DNA of 64,000 nucleotides from an uncultured Alphaproteobacteria bacterium (lineage in GTDB: Bacteria; Pseudomonadota; Alphaproteobacteria; ATCC43930; CGMCC-115725), in the NCBI GenBank assembly GCA_963845735.1, contig CAWJTR010000001.1, positions 241,919 through 305,918 of the forward strand. The letters run 5' to 3'. Positions 12,860 to 24,047 of this stretch are shown here, one piece after another; within the stretch, counting starts at the first letter, position 1, and each line of letters begins with the position of its first letter. Made by a program: the position numbers and the translations under genes. The notes under the pieces were generated by a model that was given only the letters and a program-made list of their open reading frames with translations, was not told where the DNA came from and ran no database searches.

Positions 12860-13471
12860 TCATGGGGCGCGCTCCTGGAGCGCCGCGCGGATCAGCGCAT
12901 CGACCCCGGCGCCGCTGCCGAGCCGGTTCATCGCCATCCCTACCGCAGCAAAGGCTTCGGCGCGCCCCCATTGGAGATTGACCAGCGCCGAAACGGCGTC
13001 GGCGGCTGGGCCGGTATCGGCGATGGCGGCGGATGGCGGCGGCGCCGACAGCGAGGGCGCCGGGACGAGCCCGCTGACTTTGTCCTTGAGCTCGTTGACG
13101 ATGCGCGCGGCGAGCCTGGGTCCGACTCCGTCGGCACGCGCCAGCACCGCGCGATCTTGGGCGAAAATGGCGAGACCGAGTTCCTCGGCAGGCACCGCTG
13201 ACAGGATCGAAAGGGCGAGTCGCGCGCCCACCCCCTGAACCGTCGTCAGCAGCCGGAACCAGTCGCGTTCGGACGCGTCAATAAAGCCGTAGAGGTGGAT
13301 GTGGTCCTCGCGCACATGCGTCTCGATCAACAGGCGCGCGGGTGCGCCCGCCGGCGGCAATCGGCCGATCGTCCGGGTCGAGCAGAAGGCGAGATAACCG
13401 ACGCCGCCGACGTCGATGACCGCGCTGTCCTCGCCGACCGAATCGACGATCCCGGCGAGCCGGGCGATCAT
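12860..13471 (-). CDS. ruvA: Holliday junction branch migration protein RuvA
   Basis: [26 protein letters not shown]..., HhH motifs, 203 aa. Confidence 0.95.
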   Translation of the reverse strand: MIARLAGIVDSVGEDSAVIDVGGVGYLAFCSTRTIGRLPPAGAPARLLIETHVREDHIHLYGFIDASERDWFRLLTTVQGVGARLALSILSAVPAEELGLAIFAQDRAVLARADGVGPRLAARIVNELKDKVSGLVPAPSLSAPPPSAAIADTGPAADAVSALVNLQWGRAEAFAAVGMAMNRLGSGAGVDALIRAALQERAP

Positions 13472-13961
13472 CGGATTGCTTCCCAGGCGCGGCGGGTCAG
13501 TGCGAGGTGGGCATGACAGATCGCCACGGCAAGCGCATCGGCGGCGTCGGCCGCGCCGGTCTCGCAGCCCGGCAGGATCCGCCGAACCATCATCTGCACT
13601 TGCGACTTCTCGGCATGCCCCGCCCCGACGACCGCCTTTTTGATCAAATTCGCCGAATATTCGGCGACCGGCAGCCCGCGCTCGGCCGGAGCCAGCAGCA
13701 CGACGCCGCGGGCGACGCCGAGCTTCAAGGTCGAAGCCGGGTTGCGATTGACGAAGGTCTCCTCGACCGCGGCCTCGTCAGGGTGAAAGCGTTCGAGCAC
13801 ATCGCCGATCTGGCGAAACAGCGACACCAGTCGCATCGCCAGCGGCTGATCGGTCGCGGCGTGCGCCACGCCGTCGCGACATGGGTAAGACGATTGCCGT
13901 CGACGTCGATAACTCCCCAGCCGGTATGCCTCAGCCCGGGATCGAGCCCCAAGACGCGCAT
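13468..13961 (-). pseudogene. ruvC: Crossover junction endodeoxyribonuclease RuvC, one frame break near 13873 (looks like a 1-nt deletion)
   Basis: [29 protein letters not shown] in ORF 13725..13961; the rest ([12 protein letters not shown]...[14 protein letters not shown]...[14 protein letters not shown]) in ORF 13468..13869. Length 494 nt (mod 3 = 2). Confidence 0.88.
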
Positions 13962-14031
13962 CGCCTAGAACCCCTCCCCCCGGGCCGGGGGGAAAGGGAG
14001 CACGAAGTCCGCCCGGCTCGATCGGTCATTC

Positions 14032-14781
14032 TCAGGCGCCGAGCCGCGCCATTACGTCCTCAGCCACTTCGAAATTGGCGTAGACGTTCTGGACATCGTC
14101 GCTGTCCTCGAGCGTCTCGAGCAGCTTGAAGAGCGCGATCGCGTTGTCCTCGTCGATCGGCGCCGTCGTCTTTGGCCGCCAGGCGAGCCGGGCCGAAGCA
14201 GCCGGGCCGAAATGCTGTTCGAGCGCGTCGCGCACAGTGTTGAAATCGTCGGCCGCGCTGGTCACGAGATGCTGCTCGGCATCGCTTTCGACATTGTCGG
14301 CGCCGGCCTCGATGACCGCCTCGAACATGTCGTCGGCGCCGGCCGCTCCCGCCGGATAGACGATCTCGCCGACGCGATCGAACAGGAAACCGACGCTGTT
14401 GGTCTCGCCGAGCGCGCCCCCGGCCTTGGTAAAGGCGGCGCGGATTTCGCTCGCGGTGCGGTTGCGGTTGTCGGTCAGCGCCTCGACGATGACCGCGGTC
14501 CCGCCCGGCCCGTAGCCCTCGTAGCGCACCTCGTCATAGGCCGAATCGGCCTCACCGCCGGCGCCGCGCCGAATCGCGCGGTCGACCGTGTCCTTCGGCA
14601 TGTTGGCCTGGCGGGCGGCCAGCACCGCCGCGCGCAGCCGCGGGTTCGCAGCGGGATCGGGCAGTCCGGTACGGGCCGCAGTCGTCAATTCCCGGATGAT
14701 CTTGGTGAAGACCTTGCCGCGCTTTTTGTCCTGCGCGCCCTTCCGGTACATGATGTTTTTAAATTGCGAGTGGCCTGCCAT
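14032..14781 (-). CDS. YebC/PmpR-family DNA-binding transcriptional regulator
   Basis: [31 protein letters not shown]..., 249 aa from ATG 14781. Confidence 0.93.
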   Translation of the reverse strand: MAGHSQFKNIMYRKGAQDKKRGKVFTKIIRELTTAARTGLPDPAANPRLRAAVLAARQANMPKDTVDRAIRRGAGGEADSAYDEVRYEGYGPGGTAVIVEALTDNRNRTASEIRAAFTKAGGALGETNSVGFLFDRVGEIVYPAGAAGADDMFEAVIEAGADNVESDAEQHLVTSAADDFNTVRDALEQHFGPAASARLAWRPKTTAPIDEDNAIALFKLLETLEDSDDVQNVYANFEVAEDVMARLGA

Positions 14782-14931
14782 CGATCTCCGCGCAGCTCCC
14801 CGTCGGCCTCGGGTGTGAAACCCTTCATAGGGGCTGTCAGACCGGGCTAACAATCCAATATGGCAGGATTGGGGCATCTGGGCCGCGATCCGAGCGGCCT
14901 TGCGAACCGCCCAATTCCTGCTAGTTCGAGC

Positions 14932-15748
14932 TCAGTAGCGCGGCAGCTGTTGCATCAGGCGCCCGCCGATTCGCACCGGCTCGACCCGGCGGGCGAGCCC
15001 GCTATCGTCGTCGGTCTCGAGCAATATGCCGCACAAGGTGCCCTCGCCCTCGGCGACCTGCGGTCGCTCGCCCGGCATCTTGGTGACAAAGCGGCGCACC
15101 ACCGGGCCTTTTTGCAGCCCGATCACCGAATCATAGTCACCGCACATCCCGGCATCGGTCTGATAGGCGGTGCCGCCCGGCAGGATCTGAGCGTCGGCCG
15201 TCGGGACGTGGCAATGCGTGCCGAACACGGCCGAGACGCGGCCGTCGGCAAAATGGCCGAGCGCCATCTTCTCGCTCGACGCCTCGGCATGAAAATCGAC
15301 GAGGATCGCCGCCACGCCGCCACCGAGCGGATGATCGGCGAGGATCGCATCGAGCCGGGCAAAGGGGTCGTCGAGCGCGTCCATGAACAGCCGGCCCATC
15401 AGGTTGATCACCAGCGCGTTGCGACCGCCGCCCACCGGGTGCAGCCGCCAGCCGGCGCCGGGCGTTCCGGGAGGAAAATTCGCCGGACGCAGCACGCACG
15501 GGTCGCGGTCGATATAAGGGATCAGCTCGCGCTGGTCCCAGACGTGATTGCCGGTCGTCAGAATGTCGACGCCGCACTCGTAGAATTCGCCGCTGATGCC
15601 GCTCGGTCAGGCCGAAACCGCCGGCCGCGTTCTCGGCATTGACGACGACGAGATCGAGGGCGAGTTCGCGCCGCAGCGCCGGCACATGCAGTTTGACCGC
15701 ATCGCGGCCCGGACGCCCCATCACGTCGCCGCAAAACAGGATTTTCAC
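14932..15748 (-). pseudogene. YmdB-like metallophosphoesterase (TIGR00282 type), one +1 frame break near 15601
   Basis: MKILFCGDVMGRPGR...VVVNAENAAGGFGLTE, then GISGEFYECGVDILTTGNHVWDQRE...VLRPANFP...FHAEASSEKMALGHF in another frame. Confidence 0.85.
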
Positions 15749-15779
15749 GATGATCGCACCGCGCGCTCGGCCCCTGGAT

Positions 15780-15960
15780 CAGAGCTGCGGGAGTGGAGCC
15801 GCCTCGGCCGTTGGCGCGCAATCCCACCGTGGCCCGCCGTAGCAGGTGGGCGCCACGTGTCGAAGCCACGACTCCGACAGAGATAGCTCCCAAGAGGTAG
15901 GTATCGGCCCCGGGGTAACATGCGGCCTGACGCACCGCGCAGCCCCACCCCGCAGCGGCA
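15780..15960 (-). ncRNA. ssrS: Candidate 6S RNA (ssrS) in the 215-nt zapA / ymdB-like spacer
   Basis: The minus-strand transcript has a long closing helix: 5' GCUGCGGGGUGGGGC pairs with 3' GCUCCACUCCCGCAGC. It also has a distal helix (GGCGCCCACC...GGUGGGAUUGCGCGCC) and GCCGAUAC and GUGGCGCC blocks like E. coli 6S. In E. coli, ssrS lies directly downstream of zapA. Confidence 0.5.
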
Positions 15961-15963
15961 AAG

Positions 15964-16302
15964 CTAGGGGCTCTCCAGCCGCGCCGCAATAGCCTCGATC
16001 CGCTGGGCGATGCCGTGGACACTGCTCGCCGCCGCGTCGGCGTCGTCGGCAGCTTCGGTTTCGGCGGAGCGCACGCGGCTCTGCTCCTGCTGCAACGCCT
16101 CGTTGGCGTCGGACAATTCGTCGGCAATGACGAGGGCCGCGAGCAGCAGCAACCGGCCTTCCCCGACCTGGCCGATGCTTTTTGCGAACTCACCGACCCG
16201 CGCGTCGACATATTGGGCGAGCCGCCGAATGCGCGGCTCCTGCCCGTCGTCGCAGGTGATCTTGTAAGGGCGGCCGTTGACCGTAACCGCGACTTCGCTC
16301 AT
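15964..16302 (-). CDS. zapA: Cell division protein ZapA
   Basis: MSEVAVTVNGRPYKITCDDGQEPRIRRLAQYVDARV...LLLAALVIADEL, 112 aa. Confidence 0.9.
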   Translation of the reverse strand: MSEVAVTVNGRPYKITCDDGQEPRIRRLAQYVDARVGEFAKSIGQVGEGRLLLLAALVIADELSDANEALQQEQSRVRSAETEAADDADAAASSVHGIAQRIEAIAARLESP

Positions 16303-16303
16303 C

Positions 16304-16510
16304 TCACCCCTCCCCCCCAAGCGCCCGGCCGATCCGGGCGAGAGCGCCATCGACCCGGGCACCGATCTCGCCGGCGGCGGCGCGCAGCTGTGCAACCTCG
16401 GCCTCGGGCGCGCGCGGCAGCGCTCGATCCGCCGCGCCGCCGACGCGCGCGGCTTCGAGGCGGGCAACGGCCCGTTCGAGCCGCTCGAGCGCCTCGTCGA
16501 GGCGACTCAT
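16304..16510 (-). CDS. Small coiled-coil protein (DUF4164-like), conserved partner upstream of zapA
   Basis: MSRLDEALERLERAVARLEAA...QLRAAAGEIGARVDGALARIGRALGG, 68 aa. It is the C-terminal end of ORF 16304..18253. Confidence 0.65.
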   Translation of the reverse strand: MSRLDEALERLERAVARLEAARVGGAADRALPRAPEAEVAQLRAAAGEIGARVDGALARIGRALGGEG

Positions 16511-16518
16511 CCTGCCCC

Positions 16519-17480
16519 TCAGCGCACCCGTTCGTATTTCTGCAATGAGCGGATGTAATCGGGACGCGGCTTGTCCGGAAAGAATTGCGGCCACTGCGTC
16601 CACGACACCTCGCCGACATAGAGATCGCCGCGGCTGTCGACGGTGAGCCCGTGCGGCCCGAGAAACGCGGTCGGCGCGGTTCCGGCATGCATGTCGCCGA
16701 AGCGCGACAACAGCTTGCCCTGGTTGTCGACGATGCTGACCCGCGGACCGAGGTTCGGGCTGTTGCGGTTGACTGGCTGCACCGGCCCGAGCTCGCCGAT
16801 GTAGCAGACCGGGTGGCGGGCATAATCCATGTAGAGACCGCACGGCCGGTGCAGATTGTTCCACTGGGTTTCGTACTTGCCGTTGCCGTCGAACACCTGG
16901 ACGCGATGGTTCTCGCGATCGGCGACATAAACCCAGCCGTCTGCAGTCAGTGCAGATGTTGTGCACGATGTTGAACTCGCCGGGGTTGGTGCCGGGGTCG
17001 CCCCACGACATCAGCAATTTGCCGTCGGGCGAATATTTGTGGACTTTCGCGTTGCCGTAGCCGTCGGAGACGTAGATCTCGCCCTTTGGCGACAGCGCGG
17101 TGTGGGTGCAGCGGTGGAACGGCTCGCCGCTCATATAGGGCGCGGGCTTGCCGGGGACGCCGATCTCGAGCAGCACCTTGCCGTCGAGCGAGCATTTACG
17201 GACGAAATGGCCGCCATCGTCGGTCAGATAGATCGAATCATCCGGGCCCCATATGGACGCCGTGGGCGCGCGGGAATTGGCCTTCGCCCCAGGAGCGCAG
17301 GAATTTGCCGTCGCGGTCGAACACCATGACCGGATGGTCGCCCCGGTTGAAGACATAGACGTTGTCCTTGGCGTCGACGCCAACCGCACCGACTTCCTTG
17401 AACGACCATTTGTCAGGCAGTTTCGCCCAGTCCTCGATAATCCGATATTTGTAGTCGCCGTCGCCAACGATAATCGCCAT
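16519..17480 (-). pseudogene. NHL-repeat / six-bladed beta-propeller protein (peptidylglycine amidating-lyase-like), paralog B, two +1 frame breaks (~17243, ~16946)
   Basis: MAIIVGDGDYKYRIIEDWAKLPDKW...HGVHMGP | DDSIYLTDDGGHFVRKC...NIVHNICTD | ADGWVYVADRENHRVQVFDGNGKYE...LQKYERVR across three frames. Collinear with paralog A. Confidence 0.8.
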
Positions 17481-17490
17481 GCCATTCTCC

Positions 17491-18441
17491 TCAGTGCACG
17501 CGTTCGTATTTCTGCAAGGCCCGTAACCCTGGCGGATGCGGCTCGCCCGGGAACAGCCCCGGCCACAAGGTCCAGCACACCTCGCCGACATAGAGATCGC
17601 CGCGCGAGTCGACCGCGAGGCCGTGCGGCCCGATAAACGAGGTCGGCGCCGTCCCGGCAAACGGGTCGCCGATCCGCGACAACAGCTTGCCCTGATTGTC
17701 GACGATGCTGACCCGCGGCCCGAGATTGGCGTTGAGGCGGTTGACCGAAAGCTCGCCGATGTAGCAGACCGGGTGATGCGTGTACGGCATGTAGAGGCCG
17801 CACGGGCGGTGCAGATTGTTCCACTGCGTCTCGTATTTGCCGTTGCCGTCGAACACCTGGACCCGGTGGTTCTCGCGGTCGGCGACATAGACCCAGCCAT
17901 CGGCGTCGGCGCAGATATTGTGGACGAGGTTGAACTGGCCGGCATCGCTGCCGGGCTCGCCCCACGACATCAAAAGCTTGCCGTCCGGCGAATATTTGTG
18001 GACGCGGGCGTTGCCGTAGCCGTCCGAGACATAGATCTCGCCCTTTGGCGACAGTGCTGTATGGGTGCAGCGGTTGAACGGCTCGCCGCTCAGATAGGGC
18101 GCCGGCGTGCCGGGCACACCCAGCTCCAGCAACACCTTGCCGTCTTCGAGCCGACATTTCCGCACGAAATGGCCGCCATCGTCGGTCAGATAGATCGAAT
18201 CGTCGGGACCCATATGGACGCCATGGGCGCGCGGGTACTGCCCCTCGCCCCACGAGCGCAGGAAATTGCCCTGGCGGTCGAACACCATGATCGGATGCTC
18301 GCCGCGCCCAAAGGCGTAAACGTTGTCGTTCTTGTCGACCCCGACCGCGGCGACCTCCTTGAACGACCAGCCGTCGGGAAGCTTGGCCCAGTTTTCCTTG
18401 ATCTCGTATTTGTAATCACCCTGGCCAACGATAATCGCCAT
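17491..18441 (-). CDS. NHL-repeat / six-bladed beta-propeller protein, paralog A (intact)
   Basis: MAIIVGQGDYKYEIKENWAKLPDGW...VADRENHRVQVFDGNGKYETQW..., 316 aa from ATG 18441. Confidence 0.8.
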   Translation of the reverse strand: MAIIVGQGDYKYEIKENWAKLPDGWSFKEVAAVGVDKNDNVYAFGRGEHPIMVFDRQGNFLRSWGEGQYPRAHGVHMGPDDSIYLTDDGGHFVRKCRLEDGKVLLELGVPGTPAPYLSGEPFNRCTHTALSPKGEIYVSDGYGNARVHKYSPDGKLLMSWGEPGSDAGQFNLVHNICADADGWVYVADRENHRVQVFDGNGKYETQWNNLHRPCGLYMPYTHHPVCYIGELSVNRLNANLGPRVSIVDNQGKLLSRIGDPFAGTAPTSFIGPHGLAVDSRGDLYVGEVCWTLWPGLFPGEPHPPGLRALQKYERVH

Positions 18442-18615
18442 TGCTCGCGTCCCCTCTCGTGCGGTCGATGCGGCCGCGGAAAACCCGGCTTTGCCGAGGT
18501 TAGCGAAGCGCACGCGCGTGAAACAATCCTCACGACCGGGCCCGGATCGCGCTTGCCCTCGCCTCGGCCCCGGGCGAAGCGCTTTACCCGCATTTCGGCA
18601 TTACCGTCGAGAGGG

Positions 18616-18645
18616 TTGCACAGGCCGCCCGCTCGCTCCTATAGA
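18616..18645 (+). promoter_or_regulatory. Sigma70-like promoter candidate for gap (TTGCAC-N18-TATAGA)
   Basis: TTGCAC at 18616-18621 and TATAGA at 18640-18645. A strong SD, GGGAGGAG, lies at ~18661-18668 before ATG 18675. Confidence 0.3.
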
Positions 18646-18674
18646 TTGGCGAAAGCCTTCGGGAGGAGCGGGCC

Positions 18675-19691
<1,017 letters not shown>

Positions 19692-19767
19692 TAGGCGGCT
19701 CCGGATAAACACAGAACGGGCGGCTTTCTCCCTCGCCCCGCCTCCGGGGAGAGGGCCGGAACCGGTT

Positions 19768-20996
19768 CTAACCCTGCGCCGGCGCCCGCCGCACGGCGCA
19801 GGCGGCAACGGCCGAGCCCAATGCGATCGTGACAAACGCCGCGCGCCAACCGGCAACGCTCCCGGCCCCGCCGAACCAGTCGAGCGCCAAGCCGACGGCC
19901 ACCGGGCCGAGAAAACCGGTGCCATAGCCGGCGAGCGCGTAGATGGCGAGCGCCGCTCCGCGCCGGGCCGGATCGGCCGCCGACACGACCCCGCCGGCGA
20001 GCGCCCCGACATCGGCAAAGCTGGTGAATCTGAACCAGGATCAGCAGCGCCATTACGATCCCGCTCGGGCCGCCCGCAGTCGCCGCCAGCGCCAGACAGA
20101 CGACAACCGAGAAAATGCAGGCCGCGATGATCGTGCGCTGCCGACCGTGGCGCATCGCGAGCTCAGCCACTGCGATGCTGACCGGCAAGCCTGCCAGCGA
20201 AGCCAGACCGGCGACAACGCCGAGTGGCGGCAGCCTCAGCCCGTTGCCCGGCAGGCTCAACGCCCAGGCGAGATAGGCGACAAACCAGACGCGCACGGCA
20301 AACACTTCCCAGGTGTTGCCGGCGAACCCCGCCACATACGCCATCACTGCCCGATTGCGCAGCACCGGCCGGAATTCGAGCAGGCGCGCTGCAGCCGCGA
20401 GCGCCGGGCGCGCTGGGGCGGCAGGCAGCAGAGCGAGGGCGCCGATCGCCAGCAGCTGCCCGATCCCGCCGGCGATAAATGTCGCCCGCCAGCCGAAGAC
20501 GGCGTCGACCACACCGGCGATCAGCAGCGACGCGGCGCTGCCGACGGCGTAGCACGATGTGTAGAGCGCGGCGGCGCGGGCCTGGCGCCCCGGCGCCACC
20601 CGGTCGACCAGGAGCTTGAGGCCCGGCATATGGACGCCGGCAAAGGCGATCCCGCCGAGGAACCGCAGCACCATCGCCGCGGCAAAACCATGCGCCCAGG
20701 CGGCAAAGGCAAAGCTGGCGGCAGCGCCGAGCCCGGCGCTCACCAGATAAAGCCGCCGACCCTCGAACTGGTCGCTCGCACTCCCCAGCAGCGGCGTCCA
20801 GGGTCGTGGCATAGGTCACCAGCGGGGCGAGGTTCGCCACCAGCCCGAACACCAGGATGGCGGTGCTCCTGCCCGCGAAACTGCCCGGCCCGTGCCGCAG
20901 CGTATCGGCGACTGCGATCGCCGCCGGGCTGGGCGGGGCGAGCCGTGAAATGCCGCGATCTCGGCGCGGATCGACCATGCCCCAACTCGCCTCCAT
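19768..20996 (-). pseudogene. MFS transporter, two +1 frame breaks (~20798, ~20027)
   Basis: Multiple TM helices continue across ORFs 20163..20996, 19688..20812 and 19768..19986. Length mod 3 = 2. Confidence 0.7.
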
Positions 20997-21202
20997 TGCT
21001 GCCCTTGCCGGTCCTGATTTCTGCTATCCTCGGCCGACCGCCCGGCGCCCCGCCGCAGGCATGCTAGCGGGAAAGCCGTGCCGACCCATGCGACAATGCT
21101 TCGGCATGAGCCGAACTGATCGAATCAGAAGGCTGGATCGGGCGCGCCGCGCTCGCCCGATGACAAGAGCCGGTAATCATCGTCCATTCGCTCGATCAGG
21201 CG

Positions 21203-21595
21203 GTGGCGGCGCTAAAGGCGGCGGCGCGGGCCGGCCGCCCGGTCATCCTAGTGAGCGCGCCCGAGGCCGGCATCTATGCCGGGCCGGGCTGGTTCCGGGC
21301 GTTGGTCGAGGCGGCGCGCGAGGCCGTACCTGATGCCCGCTTCTCGGCCATCCTCGATTGCGGCGACCAGGCCGGCGCCGCACTGGCGGCGATCCGCGCG
21401 CAAATCGAGCGCGTGATCTTCACCGGCCGGGCAGATGTCGCGAGCCGCCTCGCCGACATCGCCCGACAACACGGCGTGCGGCTCGAAACCACCCGCCCGG
21501 CCGCGGTGCTCGACCTCGGCGCCGATTTCTTCGCCTCGGCGGAGAGCGTCGAGCAGCGTTGCGCCGATATTCTCGTCGACCAGGCGCGAAATTGA
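21203..21595 (+). CDS. Conserved hypothetical protein. The true start is possibly ATG 21160, with a +1 break near 21170.
   Basis: The in-frame upstream peptide PVIIVHSLDQAVAALKAAARAGRPVILVSAP has no canonical start. ATG 21160 (MTR) is one frame off. Confidence 0.5.
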   Translation: MAALKAAARAGRPVILVSAPEAGIYAGPGWFRALVEAAREAVPDARFSAILDCGDQAGAALAAIRAQIERVIFTGRADVASRLADIARQHGVRLETTRPAAVLDLGADFFASAESVEQRCADILVDQARN

Positions 21596-21608
21596 GGGGG
21601 CGACCGTC

Positions 21609-22541
21609 ATGAGCGCAGAGCCACATGCTAAATCGGCTCGCTTGCAGGAACTGATCCATCGCCGCGACAAGGTTTTGGCGGTCCTCCACCCGCCGACTGC
21701 GGCGCATGCCCGGATCATGGAGAAGGCCGGTTGCGAGGCGTTGTTTGTCGGCACCGGCGGGGTCGTCGGCGCCTATACCGGTCTAGCGGATGTCGGCACC
21801 GCGACGATGACCGAATGCGTGACGATCGCCGGCTGGATCGCCGAGAGCGTGTCCATCCCGGTGATCATGGACGGCGACACCGGTCACGGCGGCATCATGG
21901 CAGTGCGCCGGATGATCCGCGAATGCATCCGCGCCGGCGTTGCCGGAATCCGCATCGACGACCAGCCGATCGAAGGCAAGCGCAAGACGCAGAGCGCCGG
22001 CGTCGAGGTCGTGCCGCTCGACCAGGCGATCGCGCGCTACCGTGCAGCGGTCGACATGAAGAACGAGCTCGACCCGAAATTCGTGGTGATGGCGCAGTGC
22101 TACGCCCGCGACGCCACCGGCGGCACGTTGCAAGACACGATTGCGCGGTTGCGGGCTTACCGCGAGGAAGCCGGCGTCGACTGGGTGCAGTTCGAATCAC
22201 CCCATTCCACCGACGAAATCAGAGCGGCGCGCGCTGCGGTAACGGGGCCGTTTTCGTTCATGAAGGGCAAGCTCGGCCGCTATCTCGATCTCGACGAGCA
22301 TCTGGCGCTCGGCGTCACCATCGCCTGGTATCCCGGGTTCACCCATAACGTCACCTGGGCGGCGTTGTGGGACTTCATGACCGCGTTCCAGTCGGGTGGC
22401 GTGAAGGCCTGGGATGCCTTTGTCGAGAGCCGCCGTGACAAGCCCTATCCCACTCCCGAGATGCCGGAGGATGGCGAAAGCGGAGCAAAGCAGCAGGTGC
22501 TCGAGCAACGCTATTTTTCGTCGGGCGATCGCCGACGATAG
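21609..22541 (+). CDS. Isocitrate lyase / PEP mutase superfamily enzyme
   Basis: VIMDGDTGHGG and IRIDDQ motifs typical of the ICL/PEPM fold; 310 aa from ATG 21609. Confidence 0.75.
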   Translation: MSAEPHAKSARLQELIHRRDKVLAVLHPPTAAHARIMEKAGCEALFVGTGGVVGAYTGLADVGTATMTECVTIAGWIAESVSIPVIMDGDTGHGGIMAVRRMIRECIRAGVAGIRIDDQPIEGKRKTQSAGVEVVPLDQAIARYRAAVDMKNELDPKFVVMAQCYARDATGGTLQDTIARLRAYREEAGVDWVQFESPHSTDEIRAARAAVTGPFSFMKGKLGRYLDLDEHLALGVTIAWYPGFTHNVTWAALWDFMTAFQSGGVKAWDAFVESRRDKPYPTPEMPEDGESGAKQQVLEQRYFSSGDRRR

Positions 22542-22572
22542 ATGTCAAGGTCCATTCGAAGCGAGGTGAGCC

Positions 22573-23721
22573 ATGGCGCGCGACGGTTTCAGGATCTTCA
22601 ACTCCGACACCCATGTCGGCCCGGACGCGCGCATTCTTGCCGGCTATCTGAGCCAAGCCGAAAAGGACCGGCTGCGAGACTGGGACGCGTACAAGTCCCA
22701 GGGCCGCTCCGGCCAGGTGACCTACACCAAGGGCCAGCGTCGCTATCGCCGCCGGCTAGGGATGGCCGAACCCGACCAAGCGCCGAGCGGATACATGGCC
22801 GGCTTCACCGGCGTGAAGCGGTCGCGCGAACCCTCGCCGCTGGTCGATGCCGACCCCGGAGAGCGCATCAAGGACATGGATCATGAGGGCGTCGATGTAA
22901 ACCTGACCTTGCCCTCGGGCTGGTTCGGCACCTGGACGGCCGGCGACGATGTGATCCTCGAAATGGCGATGTACCGCGCCTATCACCGCTGGATGGCAGA
23001 CTATTGCGGCGCCTACCCGAACCGGCTCGGCGGGGTGATCCTGGCCGCGGCGCGCGATATCGAGGGAGCGCTCGGCGAGATCCGCCGCTGGGGTCAAGCC
23101 GCTTGGGCCTGGGGGATAATGGTCTACGCCCCGGTTGGCATGCCGCTCGACCACCCGGCGCTGGAGCCGCTCTACGCCAAAGCCGCCGAACTCGACCTTG
23201 CCGTCGTGCTTCACACCTTCACGGTGATGCCGCCTTATGCGCCGGGCGGACAGGATACCTGGGACAATCTGTGGCTGCAGCGCTCGGCCGCCCACCCCTG
23301 GTGCGGCATGCGCAATATGGCGGCGATGATCGGCAGCGGGGTGATGGACCGCTACCCGACCTTGCGGGTGGGCACATTGGAGGCCGGGCACGGCTGGCTG
23401 CCGTTCTGGATGGCGCGGCTCGACGAGCACGCCGAGACGATCAAAGCGGCACTCCCCCAACTCGATCACAAGCCGAGCGAATACGTCACCGGCGGGCGCT
23501 ATTTCCAGAGCATCGAGATCCCGGAGGGCGCCAGGCTGACCAACGCCGTCATCGATCTGGTCGGCGATCACGTGCTGATGTACGCGTCGGACTATCCCCA
23601 CGGCGAAAGCCACTTTCCCGAGTCGGTCTCGCTGGTGGCGGACTGGGCGATGGACACGGAGCGAAAGCGGAAGCTGCTGTGGGACAATGCCACCCGCTTC
23701 TACGCACGCGCTTCAGTCTGA
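22573..23721 (+). CDS. Amidohydrolase-2 (ACMSD-like, metal-dependent TIM-barrel hydrolase) family protein
   Basis: FNSDTHVGP near the N-terminus, YASDYPHGESHFPES near the C-terminus, 382 aa. Confidence 0.75.
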   Translation: MARDGFRIFNSDTHVGPDARILAGYLSQAEKDRLRDWDAYKSQGRSGQVTYTKGQRRYRRRLGMAEPDQAPSGYMAGFTGVKRSREPSPLVDADPGERIKDMDHEGVDVNLTLPSGWFGTWTAGDDVILEMAMYRAYHRWMADYCGAYPNRLGGVILAAARDIEGALGEIRRWGQAAWAWGIMVYAPVGMPLDHPALEPLYAKAAELDLAVVLHTFTVMPPYAPGGQDTWDNLWLQRSAAHPWCGMRNMAAMIGSGVMDRYPTLRVGTLEAGHGWLPFWMARLDEHAETIKAALPQLDHKPSEYVTGGRYFQSIEIPEGARLTNAVIDLVGDHVLMYASDYPHGESHFPESVSLVADWAMDTERKRKLLWDNATRFYARASV

Positions 23722-24047
23722 CCCCGACTATCCATCAGATTTATCAGGAACCGCCGATCCAATTATCGGGAACGTCGCGGTCGGCTTTCCTCGGCTCTAC
23801 GCCGCCGACGGGAAGGCCCTGAGCCCCAGCCGACGAGGGACAGCGCCCCAAACCGCCGCTTCTCCGACACGCCCGGGAAATCCCCGGCGATAATTGCCAG
23901 TCACATTTTACGATGACGGGAAAACGGGGACGCGTCGGCTGTCCTTTTTGTTCGGCTCTCACTCTGCTTTCGATAGCGCAAATTCGGAAATATCCTGCAG
24001 AACCTTTTTTATCTCGTCAGGTATTTCATCGACTTTCATTGCTTCCA

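Noticed and set aside
23959-24039. 26-codon ORF (MKVDEIPDEIKKVLQDISEFALSKAE) just downstream of the defence gene on the minus strand
   Set aside because: It is too short to support from sequence alone and has no clear RBS. I note it only in case homologous loci carry a conserved small partner gene.
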